This document shows, piece by piece, positions 11,305 through 25,073 of a stretch of 64,000 nucleotides of DNA. This DNA is from Octopus sinensis (Eukaryota). A program made the translations under genes and the position numbers. Positions within the stretch are counted from its first letter, which is position 1; each line of letters opens with the position of its first letter. The stretch covers positions 62,001-126,000 of the forward strand of contig NC_042997.1 in the NCBI RefSeq assembly GCF_006345805.1. Reading direction: 5' to 3'. A model generated the notes under the pieces. That model saw nothing but the letters and a program-made list of their open reading frames with translations, made no database searches and was not told the DNA's origin.

Positions 11305-12420
11305 TTAAGATGGCGAGCTGGTATAACCATGAGGACGTCCGAAAAAAATGCTCTGCGGTATAGCTTCTGGCTTCAGGTTCTGAGTTTAAACCCACAGATG
11401 GTTAGTCTGCCTTTTCTTTGTTTTGGAGGTAATGGAATAAGTACCAGTCCAGCCTACAGTCAATTTTATTCCCCTCAAAACAGCTAGCCTTGTATATATA
11501 CATATTAAAAATCAGTTCTTATTTACTCAAAAGGTGGGTGAACTGACAGAATTTTTAAAATAACGGAAATATTTCTTGTAACATTTAATTCAGTACTTTA
11601 CTTTCCGTGTTCAGTTCTATCGAGGTCATTTTTGCTTGTCAACCGTTCTGTAACAATAAAATACCATCAGGTGGTGTTGATATAATTGTCTAAGTCTCTC
11701 CACTGAAATTTTCTGGCCTTGTATCTGAAAGAAAACTATTATTTAATTACACAAAAGGTGGAAGATTGGCAGGAGAGATAGAATAACAGATATATGCATT
11801 GTGTTATCGTAACGCTCCTTTACTTTCTGAGTTCGATTCAGACTGGGCTGTTGTTGTTTATCCTTTTCATAAACTCCGATTAACATGTCTATAACGTATG
11901 GTATTTCGGGCAAAACTATCCTATTATTAAGGCATATGTGTAGGACTATATTATCTATATGTCCTTTCGTTTCCCAATAGAAAAAGGCGTAATTTTATAG
12001 AGAGATTTGCTGTTATGCCTTACATGTAAGTTTGTGTAAATTCACACTACTTAATTACAGATGTCCATATAATCTTCTTAAGGGTTTTACATTCCGCCTA
12101 AGCTACAAATCATTATTTGCCAAAATAAGGCTGAATTTGTTGAATTAGTAGATGTGCGGATAAATTTCGTAACGTGGTATCTTGAAGTCAAACCTCGACG
12201 GAAAAGAGTTTGACTCATACTATTTCAGTCTAAATCTGGTAGAATCGTTAGTACACTAGACGGAATGCTTAGTGTTATTTCCGCCGATGTCCACTTTGCC
12301 TTTCACCCTTTCGGGATCAGTAAAGTAAGTGCAATACTGGAGCCGATGTATTCGGCCAGTCCCCGCTCCACAAATTTATGACCTTTAACCTAGAGTAGAA
12401 AGGATTATTTCAGTCTAAAG
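11305..12420 (+). mobile_element. Run of 3-4 strongly decayed family 2-like SINE copies
   Basis: Recurrent remnants of TTCTGAGTT..A, CCTTT/CCTTTTC and AATAAGTACCA at about 11310-11480, 11530-11730, 11755-11880 and 12255-12410. Confidence 0.5.
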
Positions 12421-12563
12421 AAAATAGATACGAATCAAAAACTAGATTCGATTTACTTAACTAGTCCAAATATGTAATGTTACGGCTATCTCAGAAGCCA
12501 TTTTATGAAATAAGTAAAAAAGTGTCATGCTTATCAAGTTCTTATGGAAAGATATCTAAACAG

Positions 12564-12646
12564 CTGTTCAATATATTACTGCTATTACCTTATTTATAAA
12601 TGATATGATTGAACTTGAAGATGGAGAGCATTTCTTGACAACCACT
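12564..12646 (+). other. Possible isolated 83-nt coding exon (unconfirmed)
   Basis: CAG|CT...ACT|GTAAGT with a strong donor and an open frame VQYITAITLFINDMIELEDGEHFLTTT. The acceptor has a weak polypyrimidine tract and no partner exons were found. Confidence 0.2.
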
Positions 12647-12799
12647 GTAAGTTAAAGTAATCGTAGTCTATACTTCGAAACAATAGTTATTTACAGCTCG
12701 GTGACTAGGCCATTGTGAGGTTCATATTGGCGAACACTTATTTAATAGAAATGGCGAACTTATACATATAATATCTTATCCTATGACAAACACATACAT

Positions 12800-12816
12800 G
12801 CACACACACACACACG

Positions 12817-12848
<32 letters not shown>

Positions 12849-12850
12849 CG

Positions 12851-12917
<67 letters not shown>
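12800..12917. repeat. (CA)n microsatellite with CG interruptions
   Basis: Direct reading; an alternating purine-pyrimidine tract. Confidence 0.95.
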
Positions 12918-12920
<3 letters not shown>

Positions 12921-13077
12921 AGTGGTTATTTGCACAGAATGGTATTGTAACCGTTATGAGTGTCAGAGATAAAAGACAGATATTGAATAAGTTTTGGGAA
13001 TAAAGGTAATTTGCAAGTACTTTGTTGGCTAACTTTGTCCAGATCATTCCTTTCAGACGACAATACAATACAATACT

Positions 13078-13078
13078 A

Positions 13079-13123
<45 letters not shown>

Positions 13124-13124
13124 G

Positions 13125-13205
<81 letters not shown>

Positions 13206-13206
13206 A
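13078..13206. repeat. (TCTA)n microsatellite
   Basis: Direct reading. Similar arrays occur at 17322-17425, 52990-53080 and 53777-53868. Confidence 0.97.
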
Positions 13207-14433
13207 TGATACATCTTCTTTACCGTAACCTAATATAAGAATTGCACCGTAACTGTTGATTAGAGAAAGCTCTCCAGCAGTCATTTCGGCAACTCCATTT
13301 TATATTCTGGCACTCATAAGCGGCGATAAGATAATTTAGCAGTTAGTTTTCTTAGACAATTGAATCACCTGATCTAATATATTTATTTATTCTTCTTAGT
13401 GTTGGCCCTATTTCAAACAGTACTTCATAAAAATGTCTATTGATATACTTAAACACACACACGAACACACATACACACGCGCGAAAGGTATAATAGTACA
13501 CTATTTATAACACACACAGACACACATATATTTAATAGCTATACATCAATGCGCTTGGCCATACAACCGTGCACTATGTGAAACATACGTATACATCAAC
13601 ACTCTCACATATTACAAAAATAGGGGTTGTGTTTATACCTGTGACTGTATGCGTGCAGAAAAAAAGATGAAGTGAGATACATTTATGTACACACACACAC
13701 ATAGGCATACATACTCACAACACACACACACACACACACACCACACACAGAGACACACACATATATATGTGTGTGTGTGTGAGTATGTATGCCTATGTGT
13801 GTGTGTGTACATAAATGTATCTCACTTCATCTTATATATATATATATACATACAAACATACACACATACACGAACGCACACATTCATGTATGTGTGTGTA
13901 TATATATATATGTATTTATATACATGCATATCCACATATGTATATATTCATATATAATCATATGTTATGCGCCCAAAATGTCAGGTACACACTGTCACAC
14001 AAATAGACGGACTATTGTTGTAGAGAGAAAGGAAAAGGTAATAACGAATATAAATATATACAACTAAACAAATATCTATGGGTCGCGCAAACATTGAAAT
14101 ATTTCCAACAGAGAATATCATATAAGGTTCTCCTTAACAATACATTAATAATATTGCTCTCTATATTTACCAAATCGACGGTAAGAGTAAAAACGTCTCT
14201 TCACTCTCAATGGAGTAGTATTGACCATAATATTTCAAGAGAGGTTATTGCTTGAAAATTAATATTTTAATACATTCTCAACTCCAAAATAGGCAATAAA
14301 TCCCGCAACGTTGCAACTTCAGAAATCAGTCTAAGAAACTGAACTGCAAAATAATCTTTCACACTACATACATACGTACATACATACATATATACTACAT
14401 ACGTACATACATAGATACATACATACATACAAA

Positions 14434-14497
<64 letters not shown>

Positions 14498-14568
14498 CAT
14501 AAATATATGTATACACACAAGCGCACGCACACACTCACATATATATATATGCATATATAGCATATCTG

Positions 14569-14800
14569 AAGGCGGCGAGCTGGCAGAAACGTTAGCACGC
14601 CGGGCGAAATGCGTTGCCGTATTTCGTCTGCCGTTACGTTCCGAGTTCAAATTCCGCCGAGGTCGACTTTGCCTTTCATCCTTCCGGGGTCGATAAATTA
14701 AGTACCAGTTACGCACTGGGGTCGATGTAATCGACTTAATCCGTTTGTCTCTCCTTGTTTGTGTCCTCTGTGTTTAGCCCCTTGTGGGTAGTAAAGAAAT
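14569..14800 (+). mobile_element. tRNA-derived SINE (family 2), intact, with 16-bp TSD
   Basis: Head AAGGCGGCGAGCTGGCAGAAACG and B-box-like GTTCAAATTCC. TSD ATATATAGCATATCTG at 14553-14568 and 14801-14816. Confidence 0.95.
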
Positions 14801-15532
14801 ATATATAGCATATCTGTACGAGTGTACGCTGGCGCACATACATGCATATACATATATGTATATACATAGACATAAACAAATACCTAGATTAGCAAAGCAG
14901 TAGTGCCGGACGAAAGAAAAGTCTGCATCACGAGCTAGAGTATTATTACAAACACTGGGAACATGTAACTATCTCCTTGCTTAAGTGCTCCGACGGTCAT
15001 TTAAGCTATTACGTTCAAATCTAATATGGTGGCCTGAAGAATTAACGTTACTTACATGCACAGCGAAAGTGCTAGTACTTACTAGTGATGAATTCAGTCG
15101 ACCATGTTACACACACGCATTCAGATACACATAGGTACACACAAATATGTATATATAGTAAGCAACGACGTTTTTTTTTCTAGATATACTGATAATAACT
15201 TCGATACGAACATAGATTCGCAGGACTCCCGGGACCAGCGAACAAATAGTTAACTGATCTGTTAAATAACCTGGAATACTGTTCTGTCGGAATGATATGT
15301 TTAGTGAGAAATATATGCCGAGGTGCTTCTTGGTTAATTTGTGAAGATCCGTTTGATTCCTTGCATGTGTATGTGTGTGTGTGTGTGTTTGTGTGTGTTT
15401 GTGTGTGTGTAAATATACATACATATTTCCGGCCGAACTGCTAAATTAGGTGGAAGTAAGCTAAACCCAGCACCACCACCAACGGTTGTAAAGCGATGCT
15501 GAGGAACAAACACCGGCGCAGTCACGTATTAC

Positions 15533-15575
<43 letters not shown>

Positions 15576-15591
15576 TATATATAGTATATAT

Positions 15592-15630
<39 letters not shown>

Positions 15631-15848
15631 ATACATACTACATACCATACATACATACATACATACATACATACATACATACATACATGTATATGTATAT
15701 ATGTACATACATGTATATATATACACACACACATATATATATACAAGACGGTTTTCTTTCAGTTCCATTTGCTAGGCTTTAGTCCACACGTGTACTTCAC
15801 AATACACATATTTGTCTATATGAACATATTACATTCACACCACACACA

Positions 15849-15891
<43 letters not shown>

Positions 15892-15914
15892 CACACACAC
15901 ATACATGCTTCAAA

Positions 15915-16117
15915 AATATAACCGCACGTGATTGTTGGTGATTTTTTTCTTCCGTTGTGTTGGACTTTCCTGTTTTCCCTGTTTCCGTAGAAGAGCTGTG
16001 CTCAAAACATAAAACTGCTACACTTTTCCATCTCTAATCGTCTTATTGCTTGTACCATGTATTTTTCTTTGTATTTTTCTTTTTCTTTTTCTGTGTGATT
16101 TAAAAAAATTGACTACG

Positions 16118-16120
<3 letters not shown>
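15915..16120 (+). mobile_element. PLE-like 3'-terminal fragment with decayed hammerhead-like motif, ending at (TA)n
   Basis: 15981-16015 reads GUUU-CCGUAGA-A-GAGC(UGU)GCUC-AAA-ACAU-A-AAAC, homologous to 8977-9012. Confidence 0.55.
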
Positions 16121-16195
<75 letters not shown>

Positions 16196-17321
16196 TGTGT
16201 GTGTGCTTGTGTGTGCTTGTGTGTATGCTTTATTTGTAGACTAAGTCAAACCATTCGTTTCATGTTAGGAAAGCCGTTGATAATTATCAAGACTACAACA
16301 TGAAAAATTGGTGCAGTGTTCGTTACCATCTATCCAAATTAAAAAGGAACAGCAATAACTTTCATATGATAAGCTTGTCAATTTTTAAGGGCTTCCTTAA
16401 TTTGAAATGAATGACAGCCTTAATCAACAAATAAAGAATTTTTATTCACCATTGCGGTGATGGGCACTCATTCACATTATTCGATATTTACGTGTATACC
16501 TATACATACATAAATACATACACAGACACATACATAAATATAAATTTCACGCACACATACACATATGTTTGTGTTTCTCAGTTAGGAAAGATAAAAAAAT
16601 TGAATAAAAAATAACAGAGTACTATTCTATAACAGAGTACTATTCTATACTAGAGAAAAATGTGTATTCATTAGACCTGAAAATCTTGATTAAAATATTT
16701 TAAAATACACACATAAGTGCACGCGTAGACGCAAGGAGGCGCGCCAACATATATACACACATACATGTATACTAGTAGAATCAATGACCTGTAAAAGTAA
16801 TTAATAATGGAAAAAATTCATTTGGAGAAAAGGCAGTTCTATGAATTCTCTGGATGTCGGGACGAAAATCGATGTTTGTTGGCAAATATCTAAAATGACA
16901 CTTAGACAAAACAGATAAATTATGGGCAATCTTAGTAAAAAAATCTGACTGAAGAATTGTTAAATATAGCTCTAAAAAATAACCATATTTAGGAAGTGTG
17001 AAAGTAAGGAGTAATTCTAAAACACATTGATATAAACTCACCGAAGGGAGTTAGAGATTTCGAAGAATTGTCTAGAGAATTATGTTTCAATGTGATGGAA
17101 TATACAGCTGCGAAGTGTGTAATGTTATTGGGGGGAAAATGAAGAATATAAGTATTGCTAAAAGGAAGTAGATAATCAGTAATTGAATAAAATATGCAAC
17201 CCCATCTGCACATCATACCTTAAAACCAAAAAAGATATATAAAAAGAGATTTCTCTTCTATAATATTAGGGAGTCAGATATACGTGTGAAGATAAACCTC
17301 ATTTGTGAGTCATAATTAACG

Positions 17322-17425
<104 letters not shown>

Positions 17426-17438
17426 CAACTACAGGTGT

Positions 17439-17484
<46 letters not shown>

Positions 17485-17924
17485 CAATTCGTAGCAAGTA
17501 TCATGCTTTCGTTCAATAGTTTTATGTGGATCTGAAGAGGACAACAGACATTGTTAAACTTTCGGCTTTTCACCCTTACTCAGTGTGATGTCAACGATAT
17601 GACTGGCTTTTAATTTCACACACACACGCGCGCATACACAAACACACAGACACATAGACACACATACAGACACAGACACACTCACACAAACACATGCGCG
17701 TGCACACACACATACATCAAGTTAACAGTATTTTGTTCCAATACGGTAATGTGCTGAAAAAACAGTTCTTTTTAAAATTCAAACACTGTGTATTACGACA
17801 AACACGCGCTTACGCAAAAAAACGAGGGAGGGAAGAATTGCCTGTACGTCTCGAATCATGTGAGCAGATGTGAATAACTCCTAATTACTCTTTTACTATT
17901 TTAGTCGTTTCACCCATGCGGCTG

Positions 17925-18118
17925 GAGCGCCACCGTGGTCTTGCTAATTTCCTCGGTCTGGGGTGTTTCACATCACCACTCCTGTATGTGCCTCTGTGCC
18001 AGCTGTTGGCCCCCCCTTGATGTATAAGCGAGTTCGATTCCGTTGCGCTTGTCAGGACCTCTTGTTGGGCTGTTGGTTCATCCGGTATTGGGGAGAGGAG
18101 GATGTCTAGTTCCTTTTT
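17925..18118 (-). mobile_element. 3'-terminal fragment of a CR1-like LINE
   Basis: Minus strand translates KKELDILLSPIPDEPTAQQEVLTSATESNSLIHQ, resembling the LD..L..IPDEP...SNSL.HQ C-terminus of invertebrate CR1-group ORF2. It is GC-rich relative to its flanks. Confidence 0.6.
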
Positions 18119-18178
18119 GTATAAGCTAAAAACAAAACGAAAAAAAGCAATGTATATATTCTGTAGTACATTATAAGA

Positions 18179-18231
<53 letters not shown>

Positions 18232-18481
18232 TATATATATCTATATATATATGTATATATATATATATATATATATACATATATATATGTATATATACAT
18301 ATATACATACATAACATAAATATATATATGTATATATGTTTATATATCTATATGTATATGTATTGTATATATATATATATATATTATATATATATATATA
18401 TATATGTTTTGCAACAACTATGTATATATATATATATTATATATATGTATATATATGTATATATGTGTGTGCGTGTGTGTA

Positions 18482-18525
<44 letters not shown>

Positions 18526-19253
18526 ATATATACATATATACACGCATTACATACATATACAACATACTTACATATGCATTCATACACACGTGCATATATA
18601 CACATATAGATTTTGGAATTTAAGACGTGATGCTGTTGTTAAAGTATTGTGTACCATTGTGAGTCTCCAGTATTCAAAATGTACTCATAACACATTTCGA
18701 TCGTACACGAATTTTATAGTAATAAAGCTTATTTATCGCTATGTTTATGATACATAATGTTTTATGTATCCTTTATTATTTCGGTAATTAAGTTTGTAGA
18801 CAGCCGTTATTCAGTAACAGTCACGAAATGAGTGCGATATATACAGATTATTGACAATCGAATAGAACGTGAAGTGAGAATTTTCAAGGGGAAAATAAAT
18901 ATGAAGATTTCTAATTGAAATTTTGCCGATGTTGAAAAAAAAAAGTTTAGACCACGAAATTACTTTTCTCAATTATACAAAGAAAAAAATAATGAATATT
19001 ATTATTGAAAAATATAATGGCAAAGATAATATATATTATGTAGCGTGGGTTTGAATGATTCAGTTATCTTTCACATCCATTCCAGACATTCGTGAAACGT
19101 ATTTAGCCTAAACCCTAACGAAAGAAAGCGTGATTAATTTTTCGAAAAAACCTTTTCCATATTTCTAAACATGATGTTCAAAATACGAAATTTTGCTCGT
19201 TTTCTTTGATTTCTTTGTTTTGGTTCATATTTAAAAATGTAAGTACTCGCTCA

Positions 19254-19342
<89 letters not shown>

Positions 19343-19459
19343 ACACACACACACAAATACGCACATACATATATACATATGTGTATGTACGAATATATGT
19401 ACGTATCAATTTGAATTTATGTTTATATCTATTTATCTATTCGTCTGTCTATCTATCTA

Positions 19460-20489
19460 TCTACTAAATTATAAGAATATTCAATCAAAAGACATGCGTG
19501 CTTACATGGGTATGTGTGTGTGTTTATATATATAAATATGTATAAATACCACGTTGTATCATTGCACATATGTTCTTATTTGTTAACATAAGCATACTAC
19601 AATTTTCATATTTACATTTTCAAAAATATCTACTGCATATGTGGAAATTCTGTCAATGAGTGTGTTTGTGGAGTTGTCATCTAACTCCTCCTACATCGTT
19701 TTATTGATTTTGATGAAACTTGACATGTGAGTAGAACTCATCTCTGGAAACCTCATGGCATACTCAGATTGTTGAGAAAAATCTATAATAGGCCCCTGGA
19801 AGGGATCCGTATATATATCTAATATATTTCATTTTAACATCCAAGGGAAATAACCCATTCATTTTCCTATATCATTTGGTATAAATCAAATTGTGTATGC
19901 TTATTTCTTAGTATTTGAACTGAGTTATTTTTGCAATTTTTCCAGTACGAACCTTAAACAAGTAAATAGTATTTTCCTAAACAATAGGTCCATTTATTTC
20001 GGTTAGTGACTTATTCACGAATATACCAACACTAGCGCCCCTGAGGGTAATATTCTCTGGCAATGCACAAAAGCCCTTTTCAGAGTTATTTACTTTGAGT
20101 TGTTATCTGATATTTGATTAGCCTGTTATTACGTAACATGCTTCACTATTTTAGTATATATCCCTTATTAGTATTTCTTCTTAAGTTCTATATACTCTGG
20201 GAACGCATTAAAGTGTTTTCGGGGTTACTTTATTTGAATTCTTACTATCGGGTAACTAATTTCATGTTTATTACATAACTGATTTCACAATTTAGGTATT
20301 CATAACTTATTGGGAATTCCTAAAAATAAGATCCTGTGTAAGGCAGTTTGGAATTCTCTGTAAATGCACAAAAACCGTTTTAAGGGCTACATACTTTGTA
20401 TTGTTGTTATTGGATAAGCGAAATATTTATGAGAATAGAACGAAGGGATAAACCCCGCTTTCCCGGATATTACCGGGTACGTCAGCTAG
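19460..20489 (+). mobile_element. Non-autonomous Helitron-like element
   Basis: 5' A|TCTACTAAATTATAA; 3' hairpin CCCGG-ATATTA-CCGGG (20462-20477) 8 nt before CTAG|T; about three diverged internal repeats spaced about 150 bp apart (near 20065, 20205, 20365). Confidence 0.65.
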
Positions 20490-20879
20490 TTTATGAATAA
20501 GCGCTTTATAATATGATAATATGACTTTCAATTATGCACACCTCTATAAATACATTGGGAAATTCATAAAAGCTGTTGAGACATCTGGGTAATGCAAACA
20601 TTCAAACTTAATGCTTGCTTACAAACGCAGGTGTCAATGTTAGAAAGATACAGAAAGTACATTGTTGTATATTTCATAATAGAGCTAAGATTGCAAACAC
20701 CTACTCTAAACAGCATTTATTATTAATAATTGAAAACTTTCCACAATGTCTGAAATATATTTGGAAAATGGAGCAAGACTGTGTGATTAAGATGCTTGCT
20801 GACCAAGCATGTGGTCTTGGGGTTCAGACCCTCTGCGTGCAGCAACTTGGGCAAGACATTGCAAACTCCTCCCACCACC

Positions 20880-22460
20880 ATAAGGAGTTACCAATGAAAT
20901 TTACGTTTCAACAATCTACTAAACAACTATGCACAACAAACCCGTACCACACACAATAATTATCAACGACGGCCCCCTAAAACACCACATCCGAACATGG
21001 GATATCGGGACACACCTTTTAATACCGTTCCAAGAACCCGCACCATAAATCACAACACAGCACCCCGCAACGATAAGGAACAACTACATAGCATCTACCG
21101 TCCCATCCACCGCAATCATTTTTACCCAATACTCAAACACAGAAACACGAGATTGCACCAAACAGACAGGAGGAACCAAAAGTGATAAAAATTATCAATC
21201 TAACTCACAAAGAACTAACAACAAACCAAATCAATATGCTCTCCAAAGGGATCAAGGTTACACACACCCCACAACGCCCCAACTACAACGAAATGAAAGA
21301 AGACATCGCGGAATTCTGTAGAAAATTACGACTCGCTTAGGAGCTATACGACAAATACAACGAAGACGAATCGTTCGTCCGAAATAGAAGCAACTACACT
21401 TTCTCAAAAGGTAAGAACAAAACTCTTGATAATTTCTGTGAATACATCTCGAATTACCCATATCAACATATGCACAAACAAAAACACAAACAAAACTTCA
21501 GCAAAAAAAGAATGGGCTGAACTGCACAAATTAAAAGACGACAAAACAATAACAATCGAAGAGGCTAATAAAGGGAGTGCAGTTGTCTTAATGGACACTG
21601 TATACTATATAACTTTAGTACAACCCATATCAGAAGACACAACATATTATGAAAAGGCCCAACTGAAAATACTGAGAGACCTAAAATCGATGTTAAAATT
21701 ATACAGAGCAAGGCTTACCGACAAAGTATATGACTTTATGACCAATTTCAAAAGTAAACCCAGTCAATTCTACGGTATTTCAAATATACACAAAAGTGAG
21801 AAAATAAGTAACGCATGCAGGATAGCCATAGACATAATAATCAAAGTCCTTAATCCTAATAGCCTCAAACTGAGACCTATAATAGCAGGTCCCGCATGCG
21901 AAACCCCCCGCCTCAGTAACTTTTTAGATACCTTCTTAAAACCTCAAGCATGTAAAAATCTACATAAGTGACGTCCTGAATATGTTCAATCACCTCCCTG
22001 AAACAATAAACAAAAACACCCCCCTACTAGTATCCTTCGATGTAGTCAACCTCTATTCCAATATCCCCCACAACCTAGGAATAAAGGCAATTCAATTCTG
22101 GATAGAGAATTACCCCAAGGAACTCCTACATCGCATCAAATAACAATTCGTGATAGAATGGCTAAAATTTATCTTGGAGAATAACTACTTCGTCTTCAAA
22201 GACAACTTCTACCGACAAAAATCGGAGATTGCGATGGGTACGAGAATGGCCACCTCCTTTGCTAAACTAGTCATGGGATATCTAGAAATTAGTCTTTATC
22301 GTAAGGTTCTAGAAAAATACGGCAGCCCATTCTCCCTCTACATGGGATGCCTGGATGACTATTTCATTCTTTGGCATGAAAGTATAGATAGACTTAAGAA
22401 TTTCAAGCACTTATAAATAGACTTGACGTAAACATTCAATTCACGATGGAATATTACCAT
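20880..22460 (+). mobile_element. Penelope-like retroelement RT fragment (PLE-1)
   Basis: IINLTHKEL...MLSKGIKVTHTP, ANKGSAVV (DKG motif), FYGISNIHK, LRPIIAGP, SFDVVNLYSNIP, NYFVF...AMGTRMA and CLDDYFILW. Stops and frameshifts; the start is approximate. Confidence 0.9.
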
Positions 22461-22594
22461 CAACAGAAGTTTTCCCCTCTATCAATTCAGGGACAATACA
22501 ACCCGTAGCCAACGAATTAGTAAAGAGGCTCTCTTTATTACAAGATACAGACCACTTTTGAACGCATCTACAAGAAATGACATATCCACCACAA

Positions 22595-23667
22595 ACAACG
22601 TCGTTTCTCTGAACTCGTCCTTTCCTTTAACTGCTTCTTGTTCACGGGGGAATTTTTACCATCAAGTCTCGTGAGTGGCCATGGGAACGAGAATGAACAC
22701 CAATTATACGAACGTGTTCGTCGGCTATGCCGAGGCTCAAATATTCTCATAGTTCCCTGGTCCTACTCCTCCTCAGCTATATAATCGTTAATTCGACGAA
22801 TGTATCAACGTGACCTCACTCTCCTGCGAACATCCTTCACTCATTCCTTTCTTTCGTCTAGTCATTCTTCGGCGGTCTCCAACTCTTCTGTTGAATCTCT
22901 TGACATTTGTGTTAGTATACACCACTCCGCTCTTACCACGTGCATCCACTACAAACACACAAACTCACACACCTATCTCAACTTCTTCACCCACCTTACC
23001 CATACCAAACTCTCTATCCCCTACTCCCAGTTCATCTGTCTGTAGTGTGACCATGACTTTGAGATTCAGTTTCAATTCATGGCTCGCCACTTCACTCTAT
23101 GTGGATATGCCCACACCATTATCCAAAATGTCCTTGCGCCTGCACGATCCATTGACAGTGTCTCTGCTCTCTCTCCCCGCTCCGGCCCCACCCTTACCAC
23201 CTCCTTTTTTCCCTTCACCAACCACCTTCCACTCTACCCTCCAACTCACCATTCACTGAGCCTTTCGTCGATTCCAGTCCGACACCTCTTCTTCCTACAT
23301 CTTCCCTAACCCACTTTCTCTTCTTCAACCACGCCCTAATGCTAGTACCCGATCTTCCTCCATTCCTTGCTTTCACCCACACTGTCGCATCTGCTCCGAG
23401 CTCTCCAACACTACTATCTTCGCTGGCACCACTACCATCCCTATAACATCAACGACTCCTTTACCTGCACCTTCAGTAACGTCAACTACTGTATTTCCTG
23501 CTCTCTCTCTGTCCTTCCCTGTATACTGGACAAACGGGATGCCGCTGGACCGGCCGGTATACTGAGCACCTCCGATAAATCAGACTCGGTAATGATATCC
23601 CTGTCTTCGTGTTATGCTTTCTGCTCCCTCACCTGTCTTCGTTTTATGCTTTCTGCAAATTTGAATC

Positions 23668-23670
<3 letters not shown>
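22595..23670 (+). mobile_element. Penelope-like element of a second family (PLE-2): RT C-terminal half, thumb and partial GIY-YIG
   Basis: FYHQVS*VAMGTRM...LYNR*FDECI, LDICV...IHYKHTNSHTYL...SIPYSQF and FTCTFSNVNYCISCSL. It ends in the family terminus CACCTGTCTTCG...CATAT at (TA)n. Confidence 0.85.
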
Positions 23671-23727
<57 letters not shown>

Positions 23728-23767
23728 ATGTGTGTGTGTGTGTGTGCGTGTGTGTGTGTGTGTGTAT

Positions 23768-24860
23768 ATAGTTGGAATTTACAGAAGAACAAAATACGAA
23801 GACAGGTGTATAAACAACAAACAGGTGTATTAGTTTAACGCTCGGTAAGGTGAGAAAGTCTTACGTTTTGATCCTACGCTCTGCAACAGAAAAGGATATG
23901 AAAAAATAAATAGAGAGAGAATTAAAAAAAGCTTTAGGGGCTAGCGGTCAATTATGGCGGCTGACTGGATAGAGGTGGTTACACAGAAGAGCTAAGAAGA
24001 AGGGGAGATAATAAAGTATTGGTGATCCCAATACTTATGTGAGAGTGCGTATGTGAGAGTGTGTAAATGTGTGCGTGCGGATAGGAGATGATGACCTTGA
24101 CGTGCGGATGTATGCGTGTGTGTGTGCGAATGTAATGTGTGGGTATGTGGATGATGGTGTGGCTGCTGGGAAGTGGTCAGTGCTAGCATGTGTGGGGTGG
24201 TGCGACGTGGTTTGGTGTGATGTGGCATGATGTGGTATGGGTGTTGCAAAGTGGTCAGTGCCAGTGTGTTGTGATGTGGTGTGGTAGTGTGTGATGCTGT
24301 GGCGATGTTGGGGTGTGGGGATGCGTGGGGGTGGTTTGGTGAGGTTGGGATGTGTAGTGGTGGGATGTGGATGGAAGAGAGAAAGTAGGTGTCACGGCAT
24401 GAGACGAGAGGTGGTAGGAGTGAAGTGAGGAAGTAGGTGTGAGTTGAAGAGACGGAGAGGGGGAGTCAGATGAAGAAGGTAGAGGAGTTGAGCCCATGTG
24501 GAGCAAAGGAGCGAAGAGAGAAGATTAATTCTTGTTCACGGCGAAGGCGGGGGTCCGGATGGTCCTTGTGCAAAGACAATCCAAACAGAGACAGGTGTTG
24601 TAATGAATGACCGGTGGGACGGAAATGGCGCGAGACAGTGGTGTCGTTGCCGAGTCTAATGTTTCGGAGGTCTTCCACGAACCGGGCAGCTAAGCGGCGT
24701 CCTGTTTGGGCGATGTACAGAGAAGGACAGAAACAGCAGGATGCAGTAAATGACGTTGCTAGAAGTGCATATAAAGGAGTCAGTGATATGATAGGGACCA
24801 TGATGGGTGTCTTAGAGGATGGTGGTGTTGGAGAGGTAGGGGCAAGTGCGGCAGTGAATG
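23768..24860 (-). mobile_element. Penelope-like element 3' part (PLE-3): GIY-YIG, 3' UTR, hammerhead-like motif, terminus
   Basis: ORF 24466-24801 has CCFCPSLYIAQTGRRLAARF...EQELIFSLRSFAPHGLN; decayed hammerhead-like motif at about 23858-23893; the terminus is homologous to that of PLE-2. Confidence 0.88.
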
Positions 24861-25073
24861 AATGTAAAAGTATTTAGTAGGAATATTTAAATAGGAGTTT
24901 GGTTTAACAGTAATACGCTGGCCCGACTGAGAACTGAATGTAAACATTATTTACATAGGTAACATTCTAAAATCTGATAGCATTTATAAAGACTCTTTAT
25001 TCAGACAGTGGTACTTCAGCTATTAGAGTATTGCTTTAGTTAGGGGAGGTTTTACTGAAAGATTAGGTAATAG

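Noticed and set aside
22674-22676. In-frame TGA in PLE-2 as selenocysteine
   Set aside because: It falls at the Gly of G-VAMG, not at a Cys; simple GGA>TGA decay.
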